Shown one piece after another: positions 23,566-36,400 of a stretch of DNA of 64,000 bases; the first letter of the stretch is position 1; the number at the start of each line of letters is the position of its first letter. The stretch covers positions 5,334,001 to 5,398,000 of the forward strand of contig CM119372.1 in assembly GCA_051294905.1 (NCBI GenBank). Reading direction: 5' to 3'. Under the pieces are notes generated by a model. It did not search any database, had not been told where the DNA came from, and saw only the letters and a list, made by a program, of their open reading frames with translations. The translations under genes and the position numbers were made by a program. Source of the stretch: Botryllus schlosseri. Lineage: Eukaryota.

Positions 23566-25809
23566 CATATACCTTGATAACGTTACGTAGTAAATGACTT
23601 GGCACAGTAATGTCCCAAAACTACAAACTCACGCCTTCCCTTCACTCCAAATCGAACGCTGAAAACTGTGCCCCCACAGCACTGCTACTATTTTCGATCA
23701 ATTTGGGTCGTACTTTTGAGACGGAAAGTAATAGGTAAAACTAATTAAATTGGGTAGTAAACGGTATGTGTAGTAAAAATGCGACTAGCTCATGGTTATG
23801 CCAACTATGACCACTTTTGTCCTGTCAATACTGGATGTTTGGTGATGATGCTGGCGTGAAGACGATATCTCTTTTAATGGACAGCATCTGTTGCAACTAG
23901 TCTTAATGTTGACCATCATTACTAAACGTTGAAGGCTACTTTGGGTAAGTTTGATCTTTGTAGATAACGAAAATATACTGTATAAGATAATTTGTGGCTT
24001 CAGAGAATCTGCAAGGCCTGAGTATATGTGATGGTATTAAAATCCAGGTTTGGTTCAGTCTGTGCTGAACTGCCGATTTGTGATGGGGCTTTCTTGTGAT
24101 CTGTATACAGGGCAAACGGCGGTCTTGGACAACTAAGAAATTCTAGTTATTTGCCTAGGCTTATTAGACCGAAAAGCAGCTAATCTAATTGTGTCTAATC
24201 TATTCTGATTTTGAAATGCTGTGTAGCTATATTTCTGATGTAACTTGAGAAAAACTGTGTAGTTGTAATTAAAATTCTAGTCTGATTTGAAAAAAGTGTG
24301 TCTCTCTCTCTGATATAATTTGGAAAAGCTGAAAATTTTCTTAGTTGTCCAAATCTGATACAGTGGTGATGCTAACATTTGGGTGTTACTCATGCCAAGA
24401 AACCATGGAGGTTCACCTACCGACTGATACCGTTCCAACCAGGCCGACATTATCTCATCACCTACTCTTATCCTAACCTTGTTTGTGATCATAAAGCACA
24501 CCATCGGCTGCCATAGGATTTTATTTCCAGATGCAGATGAAAATGTGCGATATATCGACCAGTCATACCAGAACACCACAGGCCGTGCACTGATGGACGA
24601 GGATATTACTATGTCTGATATGTTGACACTGACACCCAACCCATAGCGTCATAGCTATATCTTTCATGTTAACCGTGTTTACTGTTTATACTTTGGTCTC
24701 CACGTCTTCATCTATCCAGCTCCTCCCTTCCAGTTGTGATCCGGAAAGCTCTGCAGAACCAGCAGGCATCTAGCAAGTTGTTTGTTAATTGGCAAGATTC
24801 CTTTCAATTTATCAATTTACAATCCTGCACAATGGAAATGAAAATTGAAAGTAGTTCATTTATTGAATAGACGAGAAACGAGAGGCCTGCGAACCTATAA
24901 ATATTAGTCAACAATTGCTCGGACTATAATGTTATATAACCACTATAAGCAAAGCATTCTATCCTCCTTTTGTGCGGCAGTGTTTGATGATATAAGCATC
25001 ATCATTGATCCATCATAGCCTACTCTACTATATATTAACGTTCCTTAATGAACGTGCAACAACTGATAACTAGGATAAGTTTTTGCAACTTTTTTGTACA
25101 GCTTCCGGCAAAACCTAACTGCTTAGAAGGTGTGTAGTATGGTGTTTCAAGCTGTTTGAAGGAATCTGATGTTGCAACTTTTCACAGCTTTTTCGATCTT
25201 TCATGAAATGTTTTGCAAGTTTTTCCGATTTTTCATGAAGCTAACTTTTACTGAAAATATTTCGCACTATATGCAAATAGATACTTGATTATTTCACTAT
25301 CGTTCAAATTCGAGGTCCTTTCTGTTTTGACGTACATTCAGGCTAGACCGCCGAAAACAATATTTTCACTGGGTCAATTTTTTCAGGCTACCGAGTTGAG
25401 TGTTTTGCTACATTGTATTGGATACAGATAGATTCGAGTACCTCATGCCCTAATATTTTCAAGGAACTTGTCCGAAAATGCAAATGTTTAGAGCAACTTT
25501 TGTGAAAAATAAATGCAAGTTTTTAATGCAAATTTTGTGAAAAATAAATGCAACAAAAACTTGCTCTACTACTGATAACATTTGTGATGAGATGACAATC
25601 ATTAGATGCGCAGGGAGACAGTCAAGTCAGTAGGGGAGATTTAACATCTTAATCTGAAAAAAGATTAGAGAATATTCGAAACTACAAAGTGTCGAGAGCA
25701 AAACAAAAAATCAATAAGACGTTTCAGGAAAACTAAGTGCCGGTAGTGCTATGCGGATGCGCTAACAGTACACACATACAGGCTCGGCGCAGTCGAATAA
25801 TAACTTATA

Positions 25810-27403
25810 GATATATATATATAGGTCTAGCTCTGTCTGCATTCAGACTAAGAGCACCATCACCGAGGTGATGGAAATATCCATCGAAAAAGGACACAGC
25901 AATAAAGATTTCAAATATAAATTAAATTTCGCGTGAAAGTGCTGCTTTCGAAAATGTCCTGATGTCGGTATCGTTCCGATTAAGGACATTGTTCATCAGC
26001 GTTGCAGACGGTCTTCCTTTCTTGGTTCTCCTTTCATCTTCAAAGGTTATCGACTTCACGACACTATCATTAGGTTTCCGAATTATGTGGGCAAGAAATT
26101 TAGCTTGTTGGTGATCAATAAAGGATGAGAGATCTTCAGTGCGACAGATTTTATGAAGACTTTTATTACTAATTTTGAAGGCGTGGCCGGTTCCCTTTCG
26201 AGTGTAGCCTCCATGTATCATTTTTCGCAAAAATTGTCTGTAGCAGACATCCAGGACGTTTCTTTGATTTTCTGAAAGAGACCATACGCTGCAGCCATAT
26301 GTGAGTCGACTTCTCACAAAAGCATTTAAAAATTTTATTCTTGTACCAATCCAAATTCTGAAGTTTCGAAGCAGGTATTTATTGGATTGGAAAGCTGCAT
26401 GAGCCGAGCTGATCCTGTTGTTGATTTCGGTTATTCCCACATTCGTTTCCTTATAGTGAACAATACACCCAAGGTATTTGAAAGTTTTTACGTTTTCAAT
26501 ATGATGATTATGCAGAGAGCAGATTGAAGTCGGGTAAGCCAGTTCTTCATTGTGGTTAAATATCATAGTTTTTGTTTTCGACTCATTAATTTGTAATCCG
26601 AAATCAGTAAGAACTTCTGATAGCAGTTTCAGGCCTTCCTGGAGAGAAGATTGGTCTTTGAAAAAGAATTCAAGATCGTCCGCATAGCCTGAGCCCATGT
26701 TGACAGCTGTTCCTTGGTAGTTTTTGTCCCTTTTATTTTCTCGTGCATAGTCCGGTGTGCGAAAATGATACTGGCTGAAAGCGATATCGGTTAGTTCCAC
26801 TCTGTGTAGGAAAACCCTCACGGCATAGTCCATGTAAAGATTGAAGAGGATAGGGGACTCGGGACCGCCCTGTCGAACTCCAGATTTTGTGGAAAAAGTT
26901 TGGTTAGGGTGGCTTTTCAGTTCGGTTGTTGTGGATCGATATAGAGAGGCAAGTAAGTTCACGATTTTGGTTCCCTTATCCTCACCGATTCGATTTCGTA
27001 GCGACTGAATTAGCCAGGTTCTGTTGACGTGGTCGAACGCAGAGGAGAGATCGACAAACAAGGCATATGTTTGTATATCAGTTTTTTCCGCAATGATTTG
27101 AGACTGCTTCGTGACATATATACAGTCGATGGTTCCCTTCCCTTTTCTAAAGCCACATTGGAATTCGAGAATTTGCTGGTTATACCATTCCTCTATTCTT
27201 GATATGATTATTTGTATTAACAGTTTACAGAATACACTTCCAACTTGAATAGCGCGATATGTTGATGGATCGGTTCTGCTTCCTTTGTTTTTCCATATGG
27301 CAGTTAGCTTGCTATGGCCGAATGATTGGGGTAATTTTTCAATCTCCCATATTGTTTGGAACAATTCTGTAATTTTATCCATGATCAATTTTGATGACGC
27401 CAT
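25810..27403 (-). mobile_element. 5'-truncated non-LTR retrotransposon (LINE): uninterrupted 493-aa RT ORF 27403-25922, short 3' UTR and (TA)n tail
   Basis: RT motifs YRAI, QCGFRKG, FVDLSSAFDHV, GVRQGGPESPILFNLYMD, YADDL, GLQINESKTK and FKYLG. No endonuclease domain upstream. (AT)n run at ~25810-25823. Confidence 0.92.
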
Positions 27404-27834
27404 AGTTATCTGTATTTCGATCTATTTAACAATACTTTGATTGGAAATAGATAGAAGTCGTTTAAAAAGACTTTTATACGTTCCTACATTCTTGATTGAG
27501 TTTTTTAAGCTGAGGACGGGGGTTCACGGGTTTGGGTTTATGGGCTGACCCTTTTTTTGTAACCAGAACGCCCAATCGAGAGGTGAGGTCACGATTATAA
27601 AAAGTTTAGGAACCCCTGCTCTAGATGCTATAGCTTCACCATTAAACACTATCCTGTATTGATGGATCAAAAGTGATTAGAGTTGGCATAAGCTGGTCGG
27701 ATATTAGATATACAATCCAATTACTATCCAATTTATGATGTAATTCAAACATGTAGCCTACTACACATTGTACAGCACTATAACATATCAGAAACTAGAA
27801 AGGACACTGGCGTCGATGTTCAACTTAATCACGA

Positions 27835-28051
27835 CATACTGTCATTAAATACGTAAAAATTAATTTCGACTAGTTACGGTAACGAGAATAATGACACTTC
27901 CTTAACCCGATGTATGCTGTTACGTAAGCCGGAGCATCACATTCACAACAAAGCACCAAAACAAAACATTCTGGCTTTACTGATTATTACTCAACCGTTA
28001 ATGATTGACAGGCCACGCAGTTACCGTTCTATCCCATTCAGTTTTCCATGA
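27835..28051 (-). repeat. Inverted copy of 23352-23565
   Basis: Plus strand reads ...GCTGTTACGTAAGCCGG...TGATTGACAGGCCACGCAGTTACCGTTCTATCCCATTCAGTTTTCCATG. Confidence 0.85.
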
Positions 28052-28839
28052 TTTCTACTATTATAAATCTGCACAATGTACGTTGTACTATAGATTACTA
28101 ATCTACGGATCTATAGTTGTACAATGCGATAGACAGGACAAAATTCGATGCCGAAACCACCACGTACGGTCTCTCAATCTGGTGTCCACCTGGCCGGGTG
28201 TCCGATGTGGCATTGGCCTGCCTTGATCTTTTTCGCGTCTATCAATCGGGTTTATTATTATTTTCATCGTTTCAAAACATCACAAGACTGCGATACAATG
28301 AAAACATAGGAAGGTGTCGAAACAACTTGGAGTAGCCTTTAAGATCAGACACCCACCTTAGCTTAGGCGAAGTAAATAAGAGGCATCCGTACGTCTATCA
28401 TTCTTTCGGCAATTCTTCCCTGCTCATTTTCGTTCGATTCATTGTTACATTCTTTCATCGGGTCTTTCTATCTGTTTGGACTCCGTGAGAACAAGCGACA
28501 GATGGGAACAGTAGCATAGATAAACCTTCGACGCTTCGGCTATCGTTAAGAATTGAACCCGAACTTCCCTGGTCCTTGATTACAGTGTTCGATCTTTATC
28601 TCTCCTTTTTGGGGCTTCCTCGCAATTCCTTTATCATGGATTTTTTGAAAATACTACAAAGCTGTGAGGTAGTGAGCACAGCGACGTAGGAAAGGAGGAG
28701 CCCAGATAAATCTCCATCGCTTCGGAACGTGCTACCATAGCAATTTACAACGTAGCTACGTTGTAAATTGCTATGGTATTACTACTACCAATAATCAAAA
28801 AGGTGCCCCACCGTCGATGGCGGTGGATTCACCTTAGCA

Positions 28840-29740
28840 TAGGGTTGCCATACGTCCGAGATTTTCCGGACATGTCCGGAATTTCACTGTTCAATCTGCG
28901 TCCGGGAGAAAATTCTAAAATATGCCTAAATTTCCGGAATTCTGATGGCTTCAAGTAGGCTCATAATTTTACCGTAAACAACAAGAAAAAACAACATTGT
29001 TCTAGTGCAGATTTATGGCACATGAAATTTTTCTTCGCGCTGCGCCCGATTTAGTATCGCATATCTTGATTTTATTACGGGACTACAACCCTATCAAAAA
29101 CTGCAAAAATAAAACAAATAAAAATAGCTTTCACTTACTGAAATAAGTCTAATTGTCATCGGAATTATAGAACGGTATATTGCAAGAGTCTGTTGCGGCC
29201 GTTTAAATGCTTTTTCAGATATAGTGGTTCTAAACCTGGGGGTAGTTTGCCTTTATTCTGGGGTTCGCAAAAATGTGATGTTGAGCGTAATCAGCTTTCA
29301 AAATTACACGTAAGTAAGTCTGGGCATAGGAACATCGGTAACCGCAACACAATGGCCATAACGATGACCCTTTGCGACTCTCCGATTGTTCGAACAATGC
29401 CGATATTTCAGACTTGGAGGACGGATTCTAGGTGGATCAGTGCCTGATCATATTTTAATTTATATTTTTTGGAACCGGTGCAACAGTAGCTTTCGATCAA
29501 GACAGATTCAACAATTTCTGCACTCCAGAAGATAGCTTTCGGATTGCCAGAAATCCTACAGTCGCTTACGCAAAACAATTCTCTACTCCAGCCTCAGCGA
29601 AGCGGAACGAAGCTGCAAAATCGGTCGTTGCCGTTCCATGTTTACTTTCTATAATGTATTCGTTCATGCCTCATTATAAGACTAGATAGTAGGCGCTAAA
29701 GAATATCCGCAATTTGAGCCACAAAATATGGTAGCCCTCA
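28840..29740. mobile_element. Probable hAT-type non-autonomous element
   Basis: Begins TAGGGTTGCCATA with TCCGG subterminal motifs and ends ~TATGGTAGCCCT. No clean TSD. Confidence 0.5.
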
Positions 29741-30438
29741 CTATACAGCGGTTCTTAATATTCTGTCACAACATTGACGATCGCGATTTTTTTGATCACA
29801 CAATGGAGACCCAGGTTCGGGGGAGGTGGAGCGCTGACGAAGTACTATTTTAGCCAACTGGCCATGCCTATCTCTGTCACTGCGTGATACCAATCTTTGT
29901 TAGTTTTTTATTTTAAAGCTGATTTTCAGGAGCCTGTGGTCCAATAATGCTGACATGAATTTGCGTCCTCGCTTTGTCGTTAATTGTCCATTTTTCTCGT
30001 CTGATATTATACATTTTTCGACTGAAAATATGGTTACCCTAGTCTATAGTCGCCAACGATGTGCCACGACACACACACAGGCGTCTCAGTCGGATTACTT
30101 ATTCCAGTTACTGCTGGAATGTATTCAAATTCCCAAACTATTATACAACGCAAAAAACATAATATTCTTGATATAATTTGAACTTTCTGCCAGGTTTTCA
30201 GGGCGCTTTGGAATTGATCATCAGTTATGCACGTCATTTCCACCCCCATAAATCGGATAGTTGTGTAGACGCTCTGTGAAATAGAAGTAATATGATTAGT
30301 TTTATACGTGGCGGTGTTTTGTAAGAGCTTCTATCCATGTCTGAGCAAGATGCTCCATTCTGAATACGATATAAGAGAGGTCATTTGCGCTTCTCTTATT
30401 TGTATAGGTATCAAGCGAGATACTCACCAATACACGGC

Positions 30439-33400
30439 CTATGCGATGCAGTCATCTTTACAATTCATGCATGGTGAAATGCTAGAAACGCAGATATTTC
30501 GACATGCACCAGCAATGGCACCAATCGTACAATCAACATCACTTGCCGACGCACCTATACAGCATAAATTTCATTTTGAAGTATCAGTTAAATACCAAGT
30601 TTTACGCAGTGTACTGACTGCAAATATTCTTCACGCAGTCGCCACATGCAGGTGATGCGCCATCGTTTTCGGTGCAGGCACTTGAATTCTCGCACGCCGC
30701 TACGCATGACTTTGTTTGTGATGTCAAAATTTCTTCAAAATACATTCGATATCAATCGAGTGGATTCGCTTGAAATAGGAACTAAGCATACATCAGTCTT
30801 CTACATTTGCGTACTTACTCTGTTCGCACATTTTTTCACATTTGACACATCCTGCAATTTGCCTTCTGAATGCGACGGGACATTCGTCGTCTGGAACGGT
30901 GCTGTTTCCCATACATTCTTCCACGCTGGTGTAACTGATGCCTATGACAATATATTATAGTATAGTTCAAAGTCTCTAGTTGTAACATTATTTTGTATAC
31001 TATTTATTAGGTCATATTGTCAGGAGTCAGTTATTGTTGAGATAAAATAATATAAGAATATATATTTAGTACTAATGCCCACACGTTGTAATTTTAAACC
31101 GAATGGAAGCTGTAATCCATCGGTCAGGAACCTATGGCTCGCGAGCCATATATGGCTCTGTTGGGTATAAGACAGTGGTTCCCTATACTGGTGGGGAATT
31201 CAATGGTTTTTGGTAGGGATTAGACGCATCTGTTAAACATGGTGTGGTGGCATGGTGTCCCCGTAAATGTGTAGTCTACCCAGTGTTAGGGGCTCAGACC
31301 CCCTTTTCAAAATCCTCAAATTTAAATTATTGTCGCGCCGGCGACTAATATCACTCGCGAATTCGATATTACCGACTCGAAATCTCATATTGCATGATAC
31401 GTTGATGGACCAAAGGGAATAGCAGATATGACGACGCCCACGTGACAACGAAGCCTTCAGATGCACATTGTCTTCCTGATCTGCGGCGTGAAATGAACTG
31501 CCGCGGAAGTGACATTCACCATTACAAAGTCGAATTACAAACAACACCATAGCTATTCACGTTCTTGATTGGTAAGTAGCTTTGCAGTACTGGCGATAAA
31601 ATGTAGGTGTGCAGTGCAACGTTAAATGTAACACCAAATACTTTGAGAATTGAGAAGTCGATCAGAATGAAGATTTTCGGAATTCGTGCGACAGTTACAT
31701 TCGATTAATATCAGTTATAATAAGTTCTAATCTATTGCTGTGCCCTAACTCTCTTTCCGCGCTTTAGTTTCGAAAAATAAATATGCAAATGGTGTGATTC
31801 TGGGAGAAAAAATTTCAAAATCTAGTCATTCGTGAACGTCGATCGAAAATACCAATAGTAATTGTAGGATTCACAATTTTCGTTCTCTCATCGTGACGAC
31901 AGGTGAGGCACTGCGTCACTTGCCTCCCCTGACACCACGTCACTGGTGTATCACACCTTAGAGTGGGTATATACTGCTGTAGTGACCATGTTTGGCTCCA
32001 CCTATACGCATGTGATCATGCACTGTAAAAAATCTGGTAGATTTACTGGGAAATCTCTGTAAATTTTACCACGAATTACCGGTCGCAGCCAATTACTGTA
32101 CGTAGCTTGTCATTTTACATTTTGATATGTAATATTACCTTAATATAGCTGTAAGGTAAGTTACCAGAATTTCTTCGCAAAATTACTGACAGTTACTCGT
32201 TACTGCAGTTTACCGGGCTATTGGCAAAATTGATTAGCATCAAAATCGCTGCAGCCAATGTATACGTAGAACTGAATGTTACTGATATATCATTCTAGAG
32301 GTGATTTCACCTGACTGAACCTCGTTTGCGAGACTGGGGTCTGTCATACCGAAATTGTTGGCCCTAGTATCAATTTAAGCTTAGTATAGGGTACAAGAAA
32401 TAACTGACAATCGTAGCTAATGTGGTATACCGTAGCCATATTATATTATAAGGCAACGGCTGTACGGCCAGTCTCGCTGGTTACATTCGTTGTCACGGAT
32501 AAGGCTGATAAGTTAGAAAATTAGTTCAGGATGTATAATATTGCTCGGGGAAACTAGAAATATCAGCACCGCATGCCCAGCTGACCATTTGTTAATGGCG
32601 GACAAGGCGACCAAGGCGACCAAGGTTACATAAGGTGACTGCTTTTTCTGAGATTCGTAGTAAACAACCAACGCACAACTGTGACATCACAAGCAGCGTC
32701 TGGTTAGGTAAGTACAGTAAGTAGTGAACAACACATGGAATATATATCAATTTATACGAAATTTGATGAAAAAAGGGACTATATGCAATGCTAAATGTTT
32801 CTGTATGGAAAAAACGACCCAGATCAAACATTATAACGTGGCCAGTAAATATTATGGTGTCATGTGTCAGCGGATGAATACCATTTATTTCGAAATCGCG
32901 TTCGAGTGTCGTCTGGCCAGTGGCCATTAGTGAGATTTGAGCAAAGGGTGGAGCGAAGCTTGTTGTGCTTGAAGAAAGTGGACACGGTCGTTGAAGATTC
33001 CTAGGAATGCTGAATGGAATACGCATCTTAAAAGGTAATACAGTACTACATAGTATTTGTTACCGTGAATATCTGACTCTGCACACCAGACTCGATGACT
33101 TAGATTTCATGATTGATATATTTCATTCGCCGTATTCTCTGTTCTATTTTGGGATATTTGTCGACTTATATAGTGACCACATACTCCGCTGCGGAGGTTG
33201 AAACTGTTGGCTTGGTAATGTCATTTTCGGGCCATAGCATAGATATGTTTTCATCCACTGCTGGATTTGTTTGCCACACAAGCCACCTTAAATTAGGAAC
33301 CTTTTGCTTCAATACAGAGATTAAGTCATGAATCTCTGCTATGTCATGTAAAAGGCGGAGCCGTCATCACACAATGTGCCAGTACCGGTACTTCAAAACA

Positions 33401-36400
33401 TGTTATATTTTTGTTAGCCCATTTGTCTTAGTCTTTATAATGTCATGTCCACTGTCCAGGTTAGGAACTTTGCTTTATATAGCGACTTACGCATGAATTC
33501 TTTTTAGTGGAACTGCAAGATACTACTTACACAGAAGGAATGAGAACGAGAAAAAGAAACAATTGGAAGTTTGGCCGGTGGTGGAATTAATTCACGTTTT
33601 CTTGAGACCACCTGTGTTACTGCATGTCTCCTAAAGAAGAATTAGACCTCCAGCAGCAATATTTTTCCATCGATAACCACTTCATCGTGATATCATGAAT
33701 ACAGTTTGTTCCAATGTCGTTTTGGGGATGTGAAGAAAATGTTGCGATATTTTTGCATCGGGTTGCTTTGCGATAGGTATGGATGTGCGTGAATTTACAA
33801 GCTGGTATGTAATCCTGATTTACAGAGACAGCATGTAGGTAGGTAGGCGGTAAAATGACAGTCGCGATCGCAAATGTACAGGAGAACATGTAGGTTAGAT
33901 ATACCGGAGGTGACTGTAACATTACAGTCTGGCGTGTAAAGTGAGATTACCGGACGAGTGTAAGTTAAATTTACATTGACTAACGGTAATGTTAGATTAC
34001 CACGAAATGTCTGGCTACCGTGCTTCCAAACATTTCGCGGTAAATCGAGGTTTTTATTTTTTACAGTGTGGGTTCTCGCATTTAAAACGAGCATCACGAC
34101 ATACGTTTTCGTAACTCAAGTTTCGAATGCTCAGATAAGGCAGCCATAGCATGATTAATACGAGGTTTTACAGTGAAAATGTGGCGCACACAACGAATCC
34201 CATGTAGTGAGTTCGAATAAGTGCTACCGTGGCGTCACGAACTTTCAATTGCGACGTAACAGTTGGTTGAGATGTATGGCTCTTTGGGAGGTAACACGGA
34301 AAAAATAGGGCCGATATGCATATCAGTGAAGACGCTATCATTAAATCGCAGGGCTCTTCCAACCGGGCAAATATAAAGAAATATATACCGCAAATCTTTT
34401 CAATAAGGTTGTCACAATTCCTCAGTGTCAATTCTGGCTCCGTATTTACTGCCATGCAAGGTTCTGTCTGTGAGCAGTATCGCTGGCATGTACTCATCGT
34501 AGCATCTGTTAAGGAATGTTTGATTTTGATACTGCACGGCGCATGCTGTTTGCAACTATAGGAACGTGTGCACGGCGATCGATGAAGTGGTACTGGTCCA
34601 CCCATAGCCATGATGCACACAGTGAATGTGGAATTCAATATCGAAACAGTCTTATTTTAAAGGTCTATCCGAGGCTCGGACGAAAGGCATCAGGCCATGA
34701 ATCCAAATGTTTTCATTACCCGTACGGCGTACGCCTTACCTCTTTCGCACTTATGATGGCATTTAGAGCAGGCAATGGTTACAAACCGGAACGATTGAGT
34801 GCATATCTCGTCATCGACATTTTTTATACGCTCCAGACATCCTACGAAGTCTTTTGCTGTGCCTGCAAAATACGTATAAATCGTGAAATCTTGTGCTCCT
34901 CTATTACTTTCTCTCAGTTGTAAACAGTATGTTCACCTCCATTAGCGAAGGATACATTGCATTGTGTATCCGCCAACGCTTCGCACATCATCGGCACATT
35001 TGTTGACGTCATTTTCTGGACTGTCTGGCAGATTTCGGAGGCGTCACAGTCGCTATCACACCGGCTCGGGGCATCATTGCGGTCTGCATCTCGGGAATAA
35101 TCTGTAATGGCGCATGCCTGTGTGTTATCACGCAACAATCCCCACATTGGCAGCAATGCCTACCGCCACGCTGGCAACTTTCTTGGCACCGCAAACAAAC
35201 GAGAGCTTGGTCTCTGGTTGCTGATGGGCATTGTGTATTTAAAATGTTCTTTGTCTTTGCGAAACACTCGGAACTAAAGTTGTCGCCTGTGAAGTTGCAT
35301 GTTCATTATGTTTCGAGAAGGCGGATCTACCGCTATGTCTGATGCATTATATTATACTGTGCAAAACGATTCGAGTAGACGATTCTAAATCGAGTAATAA
35401 TTTTAATGATTCAAGTCGAGTAATAGCGAGAGATGAAATTTTCGATACTATTTTCCGCTGCGGAAAGCTGTAAACCTCTATTGGTCGAAACTATGTTGTA
35501 CAAAGATACGTACGTTAGTGGAAATGACATAGCTGTGAAGTCGTGAGCAACCCACGTATACTGTCACAAACTGCAATATGAAATGTATCGTCGAAAAAAT
35601 GCCAAATAATAGCACTGGTACTATATTCTTTGTGGTCGTGTACGAGGTACAATGGTACATCATTCAACTTTCCACAAGATTCATACTTTTGTGACATCAC
35701 AATTCGAATGATACTCATATACCAGACTCGATTCGAAGCCAAGTACCCGCTTCTAGAATCGAATCACTCGGGTACTCGATTTTGCACAGCCCAAGATAAA
35801 CCGTGATGAGGGCCCTGACAGCGAGTCACGCAGCTCCAAAACTTGGATTCCATATTCCCAGTCACTAGGAACTTTCGTTGGCAAAACTGCGGGCTTACTC
35901 GAGTTTTCGGCATCGGAGATTGGATGTAGCCTACGCGTATCAGCAGGTATAACTGTTGTGTTCAGGGTTCACAGATATCATAATTTAAAAAAGGACAACA
36001 CTGTACGCGTTAGCCTACATTATGCAAACTATACTTTTGAAATTACCACAATGCACGTTCGTGAAGTTATTGCAATCCTGTTGTATCTTAGAAGTCAGTC
36101 CGCTAATATGCATGCATTCCCTCGTTTCTCCACATTGATCCACGCACGCCTGCTTGTCGTCGTCATTATCGCCACCTTCCATAACTTGTCCTTCCTCATA
36201 AGTAGTAGAGACGACTAAAATCAAGATGAAAAATTAAGACGGATTGATTAACTAACTTGCCAAGGAAAATTTTTCAGAAAGGTCTTCTATATATTGGATG
36301 TTAGCTCCATCTTTTATTGGCTCAGCGATTACGCCGGATAGGACAGGGAGAAATTGTACATCTATGTATCTCGTGACTGAGAATAGGAATCGGCATTATA

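Noticed and set aside
24366..24427. Possible C/D snoRNA: GTGATGC...AGGTTCACCTAC-CGA-CTGA, with 12 nt complementary to the 18S rRNA 3' helix
   Set aside because: The C box is imperfect and there is no terminal stem. 12-nt matches to rRNA are expected by chance in 64 kb.
24428..24646. Plus-strand open stretch (YRSNQADII...DADENVRYIDQSY...) and an overlapping 120-aa minus ORF
   Set aside because: No start, splice chain or recognisable homology. A gene cannot be supported.
25584..25657. GTGATGA...CTGA pair spaced like a C/D snoRNA
   Set aside because: No recognisable rRNA/snRNA guide and no demonstrated host intron. A snoscan or Rfam search would be needed.
28100..28740. Coding-looking segments on both strands downstream of the inverted repeat
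   Set aside because: The frames are interrupted by stops, and no consistent exon chain or family could be recognised.
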